The position numbers were made by a program, and so were the translations under genes. A DNA stretch of 64,000 nucleotides, taken from the NCBI GenBank assembly GCA_030324005.1, contig JARDVH010000084.1:92031849-92095848 (forward strand), written 5' to 3'. This stretch comes from Negaprion brevirostris. Lineage: Eukaryota. Below are positions 1 through 12,299 of this stretch, piece after piece (positions within the stretch are counted from its first letter, which is position 1; every line of letters starts with the position of its first letter). Below the pieces are notes generated by a model, which saw only the letters and a list, made by a program, of their open reading frames with translations, did no database searches and was not told the DNA's origin.

Positions 1-677
1 AGGTAATTTCGTATCTGTCTCTCTGCTCCTTCACTCGTCTGCTCCAGCACACAATGGAAGGCCTGACAGCTCCATTTTGGTCACTACAGTGGGTGAAACT
101 TGACAGCGTGAGGTAGTGCCATACCACGAAGCACAGATGCCCTTTTTAATCTGATTGTCTCTATCGTGGTGTGAAATAAACGGCGACATGTATAAATTAA
201 TCACTGTCACGTTTTTTGTCAGGAAACAATTTGCGGTAGCAAGTGAAATATTAGTCAAACCGTAGCCTGGATACGACAACTGCAAGAAAATATCATTATA
301 CCTCTCATCTTGATTCCTGCTGGCACGGTGTTACCACTAAATCGAGGAGACTACAAGACTTGCACAAGAAGGAAAACTATTTCATGACAACTTTAGGGAC
401 ATCGTTTCGTCTCTGAATCTCCATTCTTCTTTATTGTCTGTCATTACCGCTGTAGAATTTTTGCGAAGTTGTTTGCTGGAATCATTCCCTGTGCATGCCG
501 TTGCTTTCTCTGAATGTTCGGATCAGGACATGCCTCCCGCTCGCGTGCTTCCCAATTTGTTTTGCTTAACTGCAGTCCATTTCACAGTATTCCCCCTCCT
601 CTCCCTCTGGCTGCTTCTTGTTTTGCAAAGAATAGAAGAGCACATCTCCCTACTTTGAGCCAAATTCCATAACTCAC

Positions 678-708
678 CTAATTCCCACATTTAATTTTAG
701 TGGTCCAT
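678..708 (-). CDS. Possible exon (31 nt, phase 1 to 2), DGPLKLNVGI; does not fit the cassette
   Basis: Minus-strand gctttcttctag|ATGGAC...GAATTAG|gtgagt has strong splice sites and only one open frame, but the length is not a multiple of 3. Confidence 0.3.
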
Positions 709-1740
709 CTAGAAGAAAGCCACGCAACTAGCCACATGCCTTGCTAAACAATGTCAATTACTGATGGTAAAAGCACATTGGTGTGTTCTTTCTGGGCAAG
801 TATAAATGTTGTCAATCAACCAACTGAGCATATGAACATTCTGACATTTAAGAGTTGAGCAAATGGAATAAGAATGGGGAAGTTGATTCAACCCCTCGAT
901 ACTTCTCAGCCATTTAGTAAATAACCAGTTATTTTGTTTAAATTTCCAATATTAGATACAAATTAAATGCGCAGCACTGAAGATACTGTGACGTTTCTGT
1001 TGGCTCATGATGGCGCATTTTATAGCCATTCAAATATGGTAACAAATAATTATCAACAATAAGACAACTTACTTACTAGTAACAAATGTAATAAATTAGT
1101 TGTATAAATAATCAGCGTCTCACATTAAACCAATGTATGTAATCTTCAATTCATACTGTAATTCATGACTAAAGCAACACATGAAACGGCTCTTTAAGTA
1201 AGCTGGAAAGTCAATCATATGTTTTCCTGTAGAGATTTTTTCTAACGATATTCACGAAACTGTCTTATTGGACTTGGTTTAAAATGGAGTGAAGTTCTTG
1301 TATCCTAAGCTACGATTTAAATATTTCAAGATCATTATCTGACAAATATTCATTAAAATAATGAAATACATAAGGCATAAGTTATGCAAAACAGCATAGA
1401 ATCTTTGAATACAGATTGGTTGTATGCACATTTAAGTGTGCTTGCACTGAGAACTTATGCACCGTTGAAGTGATAAGGTGATGTTTATTTCTTTAAAGCA
1501 AGGTGATCGTGAAAATGGCGGGTCTGTTCTTGTTAATAACAATCACTTGTTCTGAAAACATGTTTGTGGTAAAATTAAATGCATCTTTTTTTTGTCCAGG
1601 TTAACGACACCTGCTTATGCACTTGAACAACTGAGACAATTTTCCGAACTTGATTAAAATTTTAAAGATCACGCATGCTAATTATAAATTGAGCAAACAC
1701 ATTAATACACTACCAACCAACAGAAAGAATTAGCAGTTAC

Positions 1741-1779
1741 TCGCTACGTTTTTTTCTTGCTTCTCTCTACCTCTATTAA
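1741..1779 (-). CDS. Cassette B-slot exon with ambiguous boundaries: either 39 nt VNRGREKQEKNVA, or EVERSKKKT-stop from a second acceptor at 1772
   Basis: Two acceptors (ctcttcag| and ttaatag|) lie 133 and 140 nt downstream of the 1913-1939 exon, the usual A-B spacing in this locus. Confidence 0.4.
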
Positions 1780-1912
1780 CTGAAGAGATTGATCGAAATT
1801 GTTCTTCCATGTTTCTACTTAATCGCGTTGTAAAACCTTACAAAGACAAGGGACACATTTGGAACCATACATTTCAGAAGCTGTTGGAGTGAAGATATTT
1901 TGAACACTTTAC

Positions 1913-1939
1913 CTAAATCCTTCTGGAGCAGTTTCGCTT
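1913..1939 (-). CDS. Microexon, cassette type A (27 nt, phase 1-1): EAKLLQKDL
   Basis: ttttttaataaacag|AAGCGAAACTGCTCCAGAAGGATTTAG|gtaaag; the peptide resembles EQRLQQKDR at 38045. Confidence 0.75.
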   Translation of the reverse strand, partial: KRNCSRRI

Positions 1940-3184
1940 CTGTTTATTAAAAAAAAACAATTTCGTTGTTGAAATACAGACTAACTTATTCCAAATAAAT
2001 TTTCTCCAGATTATGGTACGTATATCCGTGCCCAGGAATTTGAGTCCCATTCATCAATGTAGCATCATGTACTTATTCTTATGGCATTGGTATACAAAGT
2101 CCTATATAACAATGTTGCATCGAATTGAATTAAAAAAAGAATTGTAATATTGAAAACAAAAGTAACTAATACATATCACAGAAATGGCTTTTCTTTTCGA
2201 CACGATCGGTCCCCATATGCCCATAGTGACGACGTAAGGGTCTGAACGTATCTGTTTGGAGAAAATAAAGCAAGCAGCTCAAGTCAGCTAAAGACTCCAG
2301 GCCAACATGTATCACATAAACTAATTCCAAGTTTCCAGTTCACCTGTAACTCGGCTGCAAGTGTAACATCTCCATGCGCAGACCTCACACAGCAGACACG
2401 CCTATTGAGTGTACCAAGCTTTCACATTTGCGGAGTCCTCAGTAATTCTCCTTTATTTCTCAATTTCCATTGATTATCAGTTGATTGTGGCTCTGCATTC
2501 CTTCCGTAAGAACTTATGTGTTTACCACTATTTTCCCGAAATTTCTCTTGCTTCGGCATTCAGCTCCTTCCAATCAATTATCGGATAAGGAGCCCATTTT
2601 CCGAGAATATATTGTCATAATCCAGAACCATGTAGAAATATAAATGTGTCAATGGAAAGGACCTTGCGGAGGAAATTTCAGATATTAGCTGGAATCAATG
2701 AACTCCAAAGGAAGCAAAGTAACCTTGCGGAATGATGATACTTTCCGCTGCTAAACATGTCGGTATTGGCAACATAAATACAAATGTAAAATGTTACATT
2801 TCTTTTCCCTGAAGTAACACTTACATATGAAATTAAATTTCTCCATATTTGCAGTTGATGGATTAGGCAAACAACGAATTTTCTTGCGAATTGGATGATT
2901 TTGCAAAGAACAACTAAACAAAGCAATAGAGAGACCGATGACTGTACCACATTTAGGGTTTTACTCATGTCAAGCGTGAAATACCTCAATACTCATGAAG
3001 GAAATCATAACAATAATTTAACAGTTACACATTATAAAATATGTTTCATTGAAAAATAATGGGAATTCAGAGGGTAACTCTTAATTTTGACGATGTGATA
3101 AAATGTGAAAACATCAAGTCAGCTAATGGTGAATGGACGCCATTGGTAGTAAATAGATGGTGGTAATGTGGACACATTCTTTAC

Positions 3185-3211
3185 CACAAATATTGAAATA
3201 GCGTACTTTCC
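3185..3211 (-). CDS. Possible extra microexon (27 nt, phase 1-1): GKVRYFNIC
   Basis: cctcctgcag|GGAAAG...TTTGTG|gtaaag, 106 nt after the 3318-3353 exon; the peptide is not coiled-coil-like. Confidence 0.35.
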
Positions 3212-3317
3212 CTGCAGGAGGTTTTATGTGTTGTCAATGTAGAGGAAGATCACTAATTAAAATTCAATGTGTTAATTGCTACAATATTATTTTCGTAAAA
3301 TACTATGTTATTCCTAC

Positions 3318-3353
3318 CAATAGTTTGCAGTGCTCTTCTTAATTGAGTCGTTT
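3318..3353 (-). CDS. Microexon, 36-nt cassette type (phase 1-1): ETTQLRRALQTI
   Basis: ttttctaatttccag|AAACGACTCAATTAAGAAGAGCACTGCAAACTATTG|gtagga; Leu at positions 5 and 9, as in the other 36-nt exons. Confidence 0.75.
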
Positions 3354-3566
3354 CTGGAAATTAGAAAACATTGAATTACATATAATGTATTTAATTGATG
3401 TCTAGGTGCATAATATATACATGTAATATGCGTGTATATATATCCTCTACTCTTTGAATCATGTCATCACTTTTCATTCATTCTGCCCCGACCAAGTCAG
3501 TTCTGACCACATTTAGAAAATATGTCGTCAGTAACTGTGAATTCAGTAGATCATGTATGCAGTAAC

Positions 3567-3617
3567 CTTCAGAATCAATGAATGAACTTGTCGCCTCCTC
3601 TATCAAATTTTCGAGAT
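3567..3617 (-). CDS. Possible exon beginning DLENLIEEAT (30 or 51 nt, phase 1-1)
   Basis: Acceptor ggttctgtag| at 3617, with weak donors after 3588 (gttcat) or 3567 (gttact); the start resembles the 22675 exon. Confidence 0.35.
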
Positions 3618-4669
3618 CTACAGAACCTATTGGTGCACGTATATAAATAATATTGATGAGATTATAATATCCTTAGATTATGGTGCAAAATCGAAAACTG
3701 TGAACTGTTATGATATTTGCGATGATATTTGAATTTATTTGTAAAAACACAAGTTTTTATATTTGCCTATGGTAAATAGATTGAAGAATGCATTTGGCCG
3801 CTATTGTGGCAATGCTAGCATCGGGACTCTGACGTGTTTTGAAGTAGCTGTATTTTTTGGGGGGGTGGCACTTATACATTGTTTCCGCAAAAAAGAAAAA
3901 AAATCCAATCTGGTCAATACAGCTGTTAAGCTTATTGTGCATACTTCAAGCGTGGGCTAGCACTTGTTTTGCTTGAACCAGTTTTAGGCGCCCATCATTT
4001 GTGATGCATTTGTTTCTTTCCTGCCGAGCTGGAAATGTCGGTAAAAAGAAACCAACTAAGACTCACAACAGGTGGTAAGAAAACTGAGCATCCCAATCTA
4101 CTCCTAGATAGAGGAAAGCTCACAGCTCTGATAAAAGTTGATGTGAAATTTGCCAGCTTTACCATAGATTCTCATCATCAGCTTTCCAATATTTCGCCTG
4201 AAAGCAAGACTGGTGCGGGGAGAAATATGGCTGGCAGTAATGGTGGCCTGGTTGTAATTCCTGCCTCACTTTGTTTTCTTCAAACCAGTTATTTTGAATA
4301 TATTGCGTTTTGAATATATATTCCGCTGTAAATAGAAAAACAGTTCCCAAGTGTACAGAAATATAGGTGTCATTTTGTAAAGAAATGTTTAAAAATGTAT
4401 TGCATTTATATTGTAATACGTTTGCCCCCGGGTTACTTGTGAATCCTGTTGAAGTTTCATGTGTGTAATTGTATGCAGGAGTAACTGACGTCGGCACCGC
4501 GAGCTCGTGACGAACTTCTACTAAAAGGCCAATATGTCCACTTTCTCCACAGACCTACCATAAGCAGCCCACGAATGTTTAAAACGTTCTATAAATGTTC
4601 ATGCCATGGAACCAATCTGCAAATACATTTTAATAAATTCAATAATCATTAAAATGATCGAATCCCTAC

Positions 4670-4992
4670 ACTGTAGAAGAAGCCATTCGACCCGTCGAGT
4701 CCCACCATCTCTCTGACAGCTTACCATGCCTACCCCCTTTCCCTGCCCTATGCCGTAACTCCACTCATTTCCCATGGCTAAGTGACCTAACCTACACATC
4801 TCGGTGAATGAAGGGACAATTTAGCATAGCCAATTCAGCTAAAGTGCACATTGTTAAAAGAGGGAAACTCGAGAACTTGTAGGAGACCCAAACAGACACA
4901 ATGAGAATGTGCAGACGGTCAACCAGGGCCGGAATTGATCTCTAGTCCTTGGAGTTTTCAGGCAACAGCGCTAACCGCTATTACAACGTGCC
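4670..4992 (-). mobile_element. tRNA-derived SINE, HE1/V-SINE-like, decayed
   Basis: Reverse complement shows an A-box/B-box head (GGCACG...GCGGTTAGCGCTG...GATCAATTCC), a V-domain-like core and a CR1-type tail. Confidence 0.75.
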
Positions 4993-5446
4993 AAGTATCT
5001 AAATGTTGATTGCGTTTCATTTCGAATGTAAGTGACAGTAAGAAAACAAAAACTAATTCAAAGAAAACCATGGCGTGCCTTTATAAACGCAAGGTCAATC
5101 CTAGAAAGATTCAATAGTGTTTTGTTGTTTGTGATATAGGTACAGTTTCTAATGTTCACACGAAGTGCAAGTACAGAAATAAAGTGTAAGCTGAACGATG
5201 AATGCCAGCAAAATGCAAAACTGATGACAAGTTTGCTGTAATTTATGGTAAAAGGCCACAAATTTGGAAGATACGTTATGTCACGAGATGACGCCGGCTC
5301 AGATTATCATGGGTTAACGTGCTGCTTAACCTGACCAGGATAGATAGACTCTTTTCAAAGTGCCTGAACATTAAATTCCAGGAACTCAATTAGCTATCCA
5401 AACAGACTACTTTTAGTATTTTGAACATTTAACTTATATATGTGAA

Positions 5447-5571
5447 CAGCGGGATTTACAGCCTCGTTCAAGCGAGACCGGACAGCGCCGCCAGGATCAA
5501 CAGACATTTCAGTTTTCCGTCCCCTGCCCGAACCGATTCCGTGGTGGGCGGGAGACGATAGAATTCCAGCG
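5447..5571. mobile_element. ~125-bp MITE with degenerate terminal inverted repeats
   Basis: Ends gcgggatttaca... and ...tagaattccagc; same size and terminal motif as the element at 48808-48934. Confidence 0.5.
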
Positions 5572-6189
5572 ATATTCTCAAACTGAATAGTGGACTCAGT
5601 GTTCGTTTATGAATAATGACTGAAACGCGTGATCATAGTCAACTGCTGTTATTCTATGTGTAAACAAACTACATTTTGTGAAATGCCTATAACTATGCTT
5701 CACTGTTGCCCGATTCCAAAACAGACAGAAAAAAGAATGTTTTCCTCCAACAGACTTTACATTTGAGCATGCAGTGCATACATGCATCTGAATATAATTG
5801 GTACACAATCAACCTCTAAGTAAGAGCACCGCATGTTACTTTCTGTAAAGATGAATTTTTGGACGCATTAGACCTTATAGTCGCGTGAAGGGCGATGAAA
5901 TGACCGGGCATTTTAATAAGCATGAGAGAAAAGCGCACAAAATATACACTTCGATGTCATAGTTGCACATAATACTAGAATGATGTTTAAATCCTAGCCC
6001 ACTAAACAACTGAACAGATGTGAGAGGTGGAACTGGAGGGACTGCTGTCCTTGAAGGTCAGTTAATAATAGGGGACAGGCAGAGTGAATTACAGGTTGTT
6101 GGATGCAGGTAGGAAGGGAAAGATTAGTTTCCCATACACACGAGATAACGGTAATATAAGATTGAACTACAAAAATGCAACTGTTGTAT

Positions 6190-6640
6190 AATAATTATTT
6201 AAAAGTGCCAGGTAGATAAAAAGGCTATAGATCGCCGTTCTAACTTCAGTGGTGAGCAGAATACTGGACATCATTCCGATAGACAGGATAAACTCACTTA
6301 GATAGACAGGAATCGATTAGGGATGGTCAAATTAGGGGAAAACCGTATCTTGATAATTAAAAGAAATAAGGAGGAACAAGGAAAAGTGATTGGGACAGTG
6401 CATTGAGTATTGACTATATGGATCTCCCTAAGATATTTCACAATGACCCACCAGTCAACGAGGTCATACATATGAAATTTCGATGAACACAGGAGAACGT
6501 GGCAGTTTGGAAACAATATTAGGTGACAACGGTCAATGGGTTGTTTTAGGAATGAAACACGGTTTCCAATTATGTTCAACTAGGCAGTTGCTCTTTTTGT
6601 TATATTAATCAATATGTAATGATGGGACGTGGAGAAAAAA
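6190..6640 (+). mobile_element. Highly decayed CR1 LINE reverse transcriptase fragment
   Basis: Nucleotide resemblance to the RT regions of other CR1 copies here (e.g. gattagggatggtcaa versus gatcagggatagtcagc near 14960); no intact ORF. Confidence 0.45.
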
Positions 6641-6681
6641 AAATGATAGGCGGCAACTCGAAGACTGTACACATTTTTTTT

Positions 6682-6746
6682 TCTGTGTGGAGTTTGCATG
6701 TTCTCCTCGTGTCTGCGTGGATTTTCTCCCCTTCTGGTTCCCTCCT
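6682..6746 (+). mobile_element. V-SINE core fragment
   Basis: ctgtgtggagtttgcatgttctcctcgtgtctgcgtgg matches the V-SINE central domain. Confidence 0.75.
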
Positions 6747-7059
6747 ACTTGTTGTACTTGTGAAAGATCATACGTGGTGAGGTATTGTTCAGTGATTTAC
6801 TCATCAATTCCTAAAATGCTACCTTGAGGGCATCAAAGTATCTTGTTATCGTTCTGAGCACAGGAACCGTGTCTCCTTTTCTTTTCCCCAATTGAAAATA
6901 TGCGAGCAGCAACCCTCTCTGTTGTTTTAGTTTATACTAGTGAAGCAATAGGTTCCGCACATTTCTTCCCAGCTCTAACACCTCAATGTCATGCTGGCAA
7001 TACCACACCACAAACTGTGGTGTAGTTCTTTTACAGGCAGGATCCTGCATCTGATGTAT

Positions 7060-7300
7060 ACTAGATTAATATCTGAAACGCTTTATCACGGAACGCTATT
7101 GGGTTGCAAACATTGCATTTTTTAATGAATATGTTAGATGTGGTTCTTGGGACCAAAGGAATTAAGGGATAGGAACGAGGGAATGGAGTGGGTGGGGGCT
7201 GGGCGTAGAGGGGAGGGAGGGGAAGCAGGAACGGCTTATTGAATTGCATGAGCAGCCATGACCATGAATGGCAGGACAATCTCCAAGGGATATCTGTCCT
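7060..7300 (+). mobile_element. CR1 LINE 3' end fragment
   Basis: Contains tagatgtggttcttggg...ggaattaagggatagg...cagccatga...gaatggcagga...cctactcct, the same 3' UTR motif as the other CR1 copies. Confidence 0.6.
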
Positions 7301-7982
7301 ACTCCTCGTATTTTCTCCTTTTTCTATATAAATATTTTTTTAAAAAAATACTTTGTTAGTCACCAAGCTTTTTGGCAATTGTAAACGAATCAGCATTCAT
7401 TCCTTTAAATGGCTTTGAAAAAATAATCCTACTTTCACCAAATATCTGACGCCACTTCATTTGTTTGCATCAATCGTTTTCGCATGTGGCAATTAATGAG
7501 ATAATTGCAAATTATTTTTGAGGATCAGTTTTAATCCTAAGTGTCGTGAATGCATCGTTGTCAAACATAGGAATGGTAGATAGAACAAGATTATTCCACG
7601 CTATTAGCATAGACCGTCCATTGTTGTCACTCGTTGCTTTGAAGCAATACCATTTGACTGACGTTTATTAGAAATTTTGCTCAATCTTAGGGAAGATTGA
7701 CAGCGGTGAATTTCTCCCTGTTTAACCCACCTCCGGAATTTTGTCAGGCAGATTCCATCCATATATTCAGAATAATTGGCGAGCAGAGTTGGCGGATTAT
7801 TGACAACTGACTGAGACAATTGTCATTTTCTTGAGGCAGAAAACCCTCATGTATATTTGTTAACTTTAAAATCAAATGTCACCTAAGCAATAGCAAACCC
7901 AATGACAGTTATGTTCTTTTCCTTTACAAAATGTCATGTAGTCGGATTACACATTTTTATTTGTAACAATAACTCGGTTCAC

Positions 7983-8009
7983 CTGTTTCTGTTCCTTCCA
8001 TCTGTTCTT
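7983..8009 (-). CDS. Probable microexon, B-like (27 nt, phase 1-1): EEQMEGTET
   Basis: tttttctcattgaag|AAGAACAGATGGAAGGAACAGAAACAG|gtgaac. Confidence 0.5.
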
Positions 8010-8512
8010 CTTCAATGAGAAAAATGCAACATTAATTCAGAAAAGAAGTAGTTCAATCACTATATTTCCAAACATGTATTGCTTGTTACCTTCATCTTCT
8101 CACAGACGAGGTCAAATTGCCAACGACACTGCTAAAGTGCAGTGAAGACTTCTGACAACAGATCGCAACAGTATCATTAAACGGACAAACTGTGCCACCT
8201 GAAAGGTAATCATTATTGTTAATAATTACTGTAATATTGGACAGTGACAGAAAACGCCACAAACTTTTTTTTTTGCACACACGTGAGCTATAAATTTCTT
8301 CTTACTTTCCTGTGAGAGGAAAAACAAATTCCTATATGTACAACTCATCAGAAAGGTCATTCGTACCATGTATGATACATGTCCAATTTAAAAAAATAAC
8401 ATTGGCGGAGTCCCGCTTCCAGCACAGAAGCAGCAGATTTGATGCAGCTGAGGAGGAGTTGATCCTCCTGTAACTTTTCTTTGAACAAAGTGTGACTGGG
8501 AGAAAATATAAC

Positions 8513-8548
8513 TTGTTCTTGAGTGTTTATTTCTGAACTTCAGCAGTT
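8513..8548 (-). CDS. Probable 36-nt cassette exon (phase 1-1): ELLKFRNKHSRT
   Basis: gctttgtttcag|AACTGCTGAAG...AGAACAA|gttata; aligns loosely with DLLNLSKELKNT; the donor is weak. Confidence 0.45.
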
Positions 8549-9329
8549 CTGAAACAAAGCCTGCAAAAATGCTGCTCCAGTAATGTGATTTCTTTCATCC
8601 TAGGGTCAGACGTTCGAGCATTTGATGACAACAACCGTGTGTTTGACATGAAACGCTAACACACAGCGTGAAGCAAAACCTTTGGAATAAATAGTTGTGG
8701 AACATTAAGTGGAATCCAACATTAAACAAAACATCAATTTAAATTACCATATTTTTCTTCTGATTTTGTGATCTGGTGTGTTTGTTGCTAGTTAATCAGG
8801 CGTGTTTTGACCATTAGGAATTATTAGCAAAAGGAATTATTAGCAAAAGGATGTTATGTGATAACACAGTTGCAGGTGTGCCAAATGAGAGGTCCAAGAA
8901 CTTTGCGCGTCACAGAAGTCTCACGGAAAGATGTGTTGTCCAACATGTACTGGTCTTGGGAGGGACGCTGTGGTGGTTTATCTTGGTTCTGCGCAAATCT
9001 GTTATACATTAATAGCGCAAATTTTCTTTACAAGAAGGGTATTAGGCATTCGGTGAGTTTTTCCTCATTGATATCATTTGAGTAAACGTTTNNNNNNNNN
9101 NNNNNNNNNNNNNNNNNNNNNNNNNNNNNNNNNNNNNNNNNNNNNNNNNNNNNNNNNNNNNNNNNNNNNNNNNNNNNNNNNNNNNNNNNNNTAAATGAAT
9201 TGACACATTCAGCAAATTGTGGCTACATGCAAAAAGGTGAATTTTTTTGATGTATTGTGTGAAGTTCTGGCCCATTTATCACATTACACCAGAGACACCA
9301 TAGACGAGATTCCCGACTTTGTGCAGGAG

Positions 9330-10370
9330 ATAGACAAAACAACAACAACTGTGGGGAAATATTGGACGGAATGAAACTGTTTTCTTGGAACAGAAATTGC
9401 TGAGTGGATGTTTTATTGAGATGTACACAATTGTGAGAGCTCTAGACAGAGTTAATGTGAAGAAGCTATTCAGCTCAGATGGACCAGTCGCAGTGTTGAC
9501 AAGAATACTACAACTGAGCGAATGATTGCAGTTTTCTTAAACAAAATCTAGTTCGTGTCTTGAACTCACTGTCTGAAAAAAAAAGAAGGCACAGGTAGCC
9601 TTAACTCATTACGTTTTATGTGGATAAGCACCTCAAGTACCGTGAAGGACAGTGATTTGAGCCATAACCTGGAAAGTGGAATTAGGCTAGGTGGCTCTCT
9701 TTATTGGTTGGTGAAGTGGCCACGTCCTCTGCAATAAAATATGCGAAGTATGATGGAAAAGCGAGCGAGAAAAAGAGGGATTTAAGTGCATACAAGTAGG
9801 TTTTCACGATATCAGGGAGACTTTGAATTTACGGAATTATTACGGCAAATGTAGAAGGCTGTGAGAGGAACCTTGCGTAATCTGTTCAGGTTTGGTCTGC
9901 TAACATTAGAAAGACATATTTAATTTCAGAATGTTAATCAGAGATTGAATGCCATTGACGTTGTCTTCTGAATAAATTGTAAGATCATTTTGCCAATAGT
10001 GTCTGCAGTTTAGCAGGATAACAGGTTAACTACTTGAAGCTGGCTACATTCTTAATTTTCACTGGAAAAATGCTGACAAGAGATTTCATGTCATACAGGT
10101 TGGATGCAGAGGGGCTCTCGATCTCAGAAGCATTGTTTGGAGGTTAAGGGTATTTTATTTAAAACAGAGATTTATTGGGGTGTCTTTATCCAGACAGTTG
10201 TTAACCATCTGGATTGTCTTGCTTGGAATAGAGCGGGCAGTCGTTTATATAACATATTGATCGACCTGTTAATATTTTTGATCCACGAAAGAGTCAATGG
10301 TGAGGGAGACGGGAAAGAAATACAAATTATTTTAAGGCTATAATGCGATAATCAATGTTTCTAACCTTTT
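9330..10370 (+). mobile_element. Two consecutive decayed CR1 3'-region fragments
   Basis: Resemble the RT C-terminus and 3' UTR of the better-preserved copy at 35980-36790. Confidence 0.5.
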
Positions 10371-10384
10371 TGTTCTATCACACA

Positions 10385-10960
10385 TTTTCATCATCGCTGG
10401 CTAGGTTTCTCTCTATTGTTCATCCTCCTTTCCCTTTAAGGTGTGGTGGTAAACTGGCTTCTTAAACCGTTGCATTCCAAGCAATTTAAGTGCACCCAGA
10501 ATGCAGTTAGCAATGGAGATCCACGAAAGTGACCTTGAGAGAACGAAGGAAGAATAGTTCCATGTCAGAATGGTGTGTTACTTGCAAGAGAACTTGCAAG
10601 ATGTTGGTGTGCCAAATGATCTGTTGCCCTTGTCCTTTAAGGTTGTGCCGATCACGATTTTGGAAGGTAGTCAAGATCGTGACTTGGCACGTTGTCGTAA
10701 GCCAGTTGTAGATGTGATATATTTCTGACAATGTGCACTGGTGGGGGAGGGGTGAACATTTAAGGTAGCCAATAGGTTACAAAGTGCTGACTCTTTCCTC
10801 CCCAGGGCAGTGTCGAACATTTTAACGCTGTTACTTCGTTCGTTGATTTGGAATATATGGAGACTAGTGCGTTACACAGGAATTATGCCCAGCAAATAGT
10901 TGACAGGTTTTGGTGATGAATGATTTGTCAAAATACTCCAAGCGTCTATTCGATTATTCT
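10385..10960 (-). mobile_element. Decayed non-LTR retroelement 3' region, family not assigned
   Basis: Resembles a common shark interspersed repeat; related pieces lie near 17610-18060, 40300-40450, 56600-56760 and 59160-59600. Confidence 0.45.
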
Positions 10961-12299
10961 TGCCAAGGTAATTATCAGATGATTCTTTCGCATTTCTAAT
11001 CAATAGTTATCCCCATGTTTTCATAAAATCTGGTTAAGCGATGTTTGTTTCATTTTATGAGAAAACAAATATGTTTTTTTTTCCTTTGGTGGAATCGCTC
11101 ATTGCCAAACAATATGCGCTGTGAAAGTAAATTTCTGTCAGTTGCCAAAAGTAGCCAGTTAAGAAAAAAATGGTAAACATTGTTTAATCAGCCTCAAACA
11201 ATCCTATTTCTGACCGCGTAGTGCGCGCAGATAATTGAAGAAACAACCGTTAATGACTGGGCTACGAAGGTTATCTTATTGACTTCCGAAAGAGATCCTC
11301 CTTTCTGCAAAGTAAGAATTCAACTTGGTGAGTTTTTTTTTTCCCGCTTATTCACTTTATCTGAAGATCTGGTCGAGCGTTGCGATTACATAACCTGTCG
11401 TCAAATGTCACTTTGATAAGGAGGGAAATCGTCTCATCTCACAGCCCAGTTTGTCATTCAGTGCTCGGAGTAATGCTAACTTGTGGTCAGGAAATGAGTA
11501 AGATTCTTGCATACGCAATAGAGCGACAATGAGCTAATTATTGCTGAATTTGTGTTACTTATTGCAGTGTTGATAAATCTTCCCACGATGTGCTGATTAT
11601 CGAGAGCGGTCTAATGGAGAACTCACTGTTCGAGCACTTCCGTGANNNNNNNNNNNNNNNNNNNNNNNNNNNNNNNNNNNNNNNNNNNNNNNNNNNNNNN
11701 NNNNNNNNNNNNNNNNNNNNNNNNNNNNNNNNNNNNNNNNNNNNNAATAATATCTGGGCAATTTTCCGCATAGTCCTCTTGCTACTGAGGTTCTACCTGT
11801 ATGGAAACATCTTGATAAAGTGTACAGGGTCCTTGCGCTCGTGTCTTCAATACCGTTGCTGGAAAGCTGGCATGGCACATAAGCTTTTAAGTGTGCATTA
11901 AGCTACAGGCATTAATGCAATAATGTGGTGTAAACCGAAGTGCCTGGAGACTGCATATACAAGACATCTTACAAAGAGACTTAGATGAATTATGCGCTCG
12001 GCACTTTGCCAAATCATTGCTGTACACGCTACTACCTTGGCATTTGCTTCGCTGTCCTATCAGTGAAGATGATGATATCCTTGGAGACAGCTCTTACAGT
12101 TAACTTCTGCGCTCTACAGTTAACTTTAGCTATTGTAACCCTAATCGCTTTCAGTGCCAGCGATAAATTAAATCGGTGGGAGTACGGGGACAAAGTGGGA
12201 TATTTAGAGGCGATTTCAGAGTTCAGTAAGTGATATGGTACCATCGGAAGCAGTTGATCGGTAAATCTTGGTGGCATTTTGAAATTAAACGTTGCAATT

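Noticed and set aside
3508-3534. 27-nt exon candidate (TDDIFSKC)
   Set aside because: Too close (32-53 nt) to the 3567-3617 candidate for both to be used, and the peptide is atypical.
4559-4588. 30-nt exon candidate (ERFKHSWAAY)
   Set aside because: Appears to overlap a decayed interspersed repeat.
8090-8309. Exon candidates at 8090-8198 and 8283-8309
   Set aside because: Stop codons in the phase-1 frame; they may be decayed A-slot exons but are not supportable.
8817-8851. 16-bp tandem duplication (aggaattattagcaaa x2)
   Set aside because: Ordinary slippage duplication.
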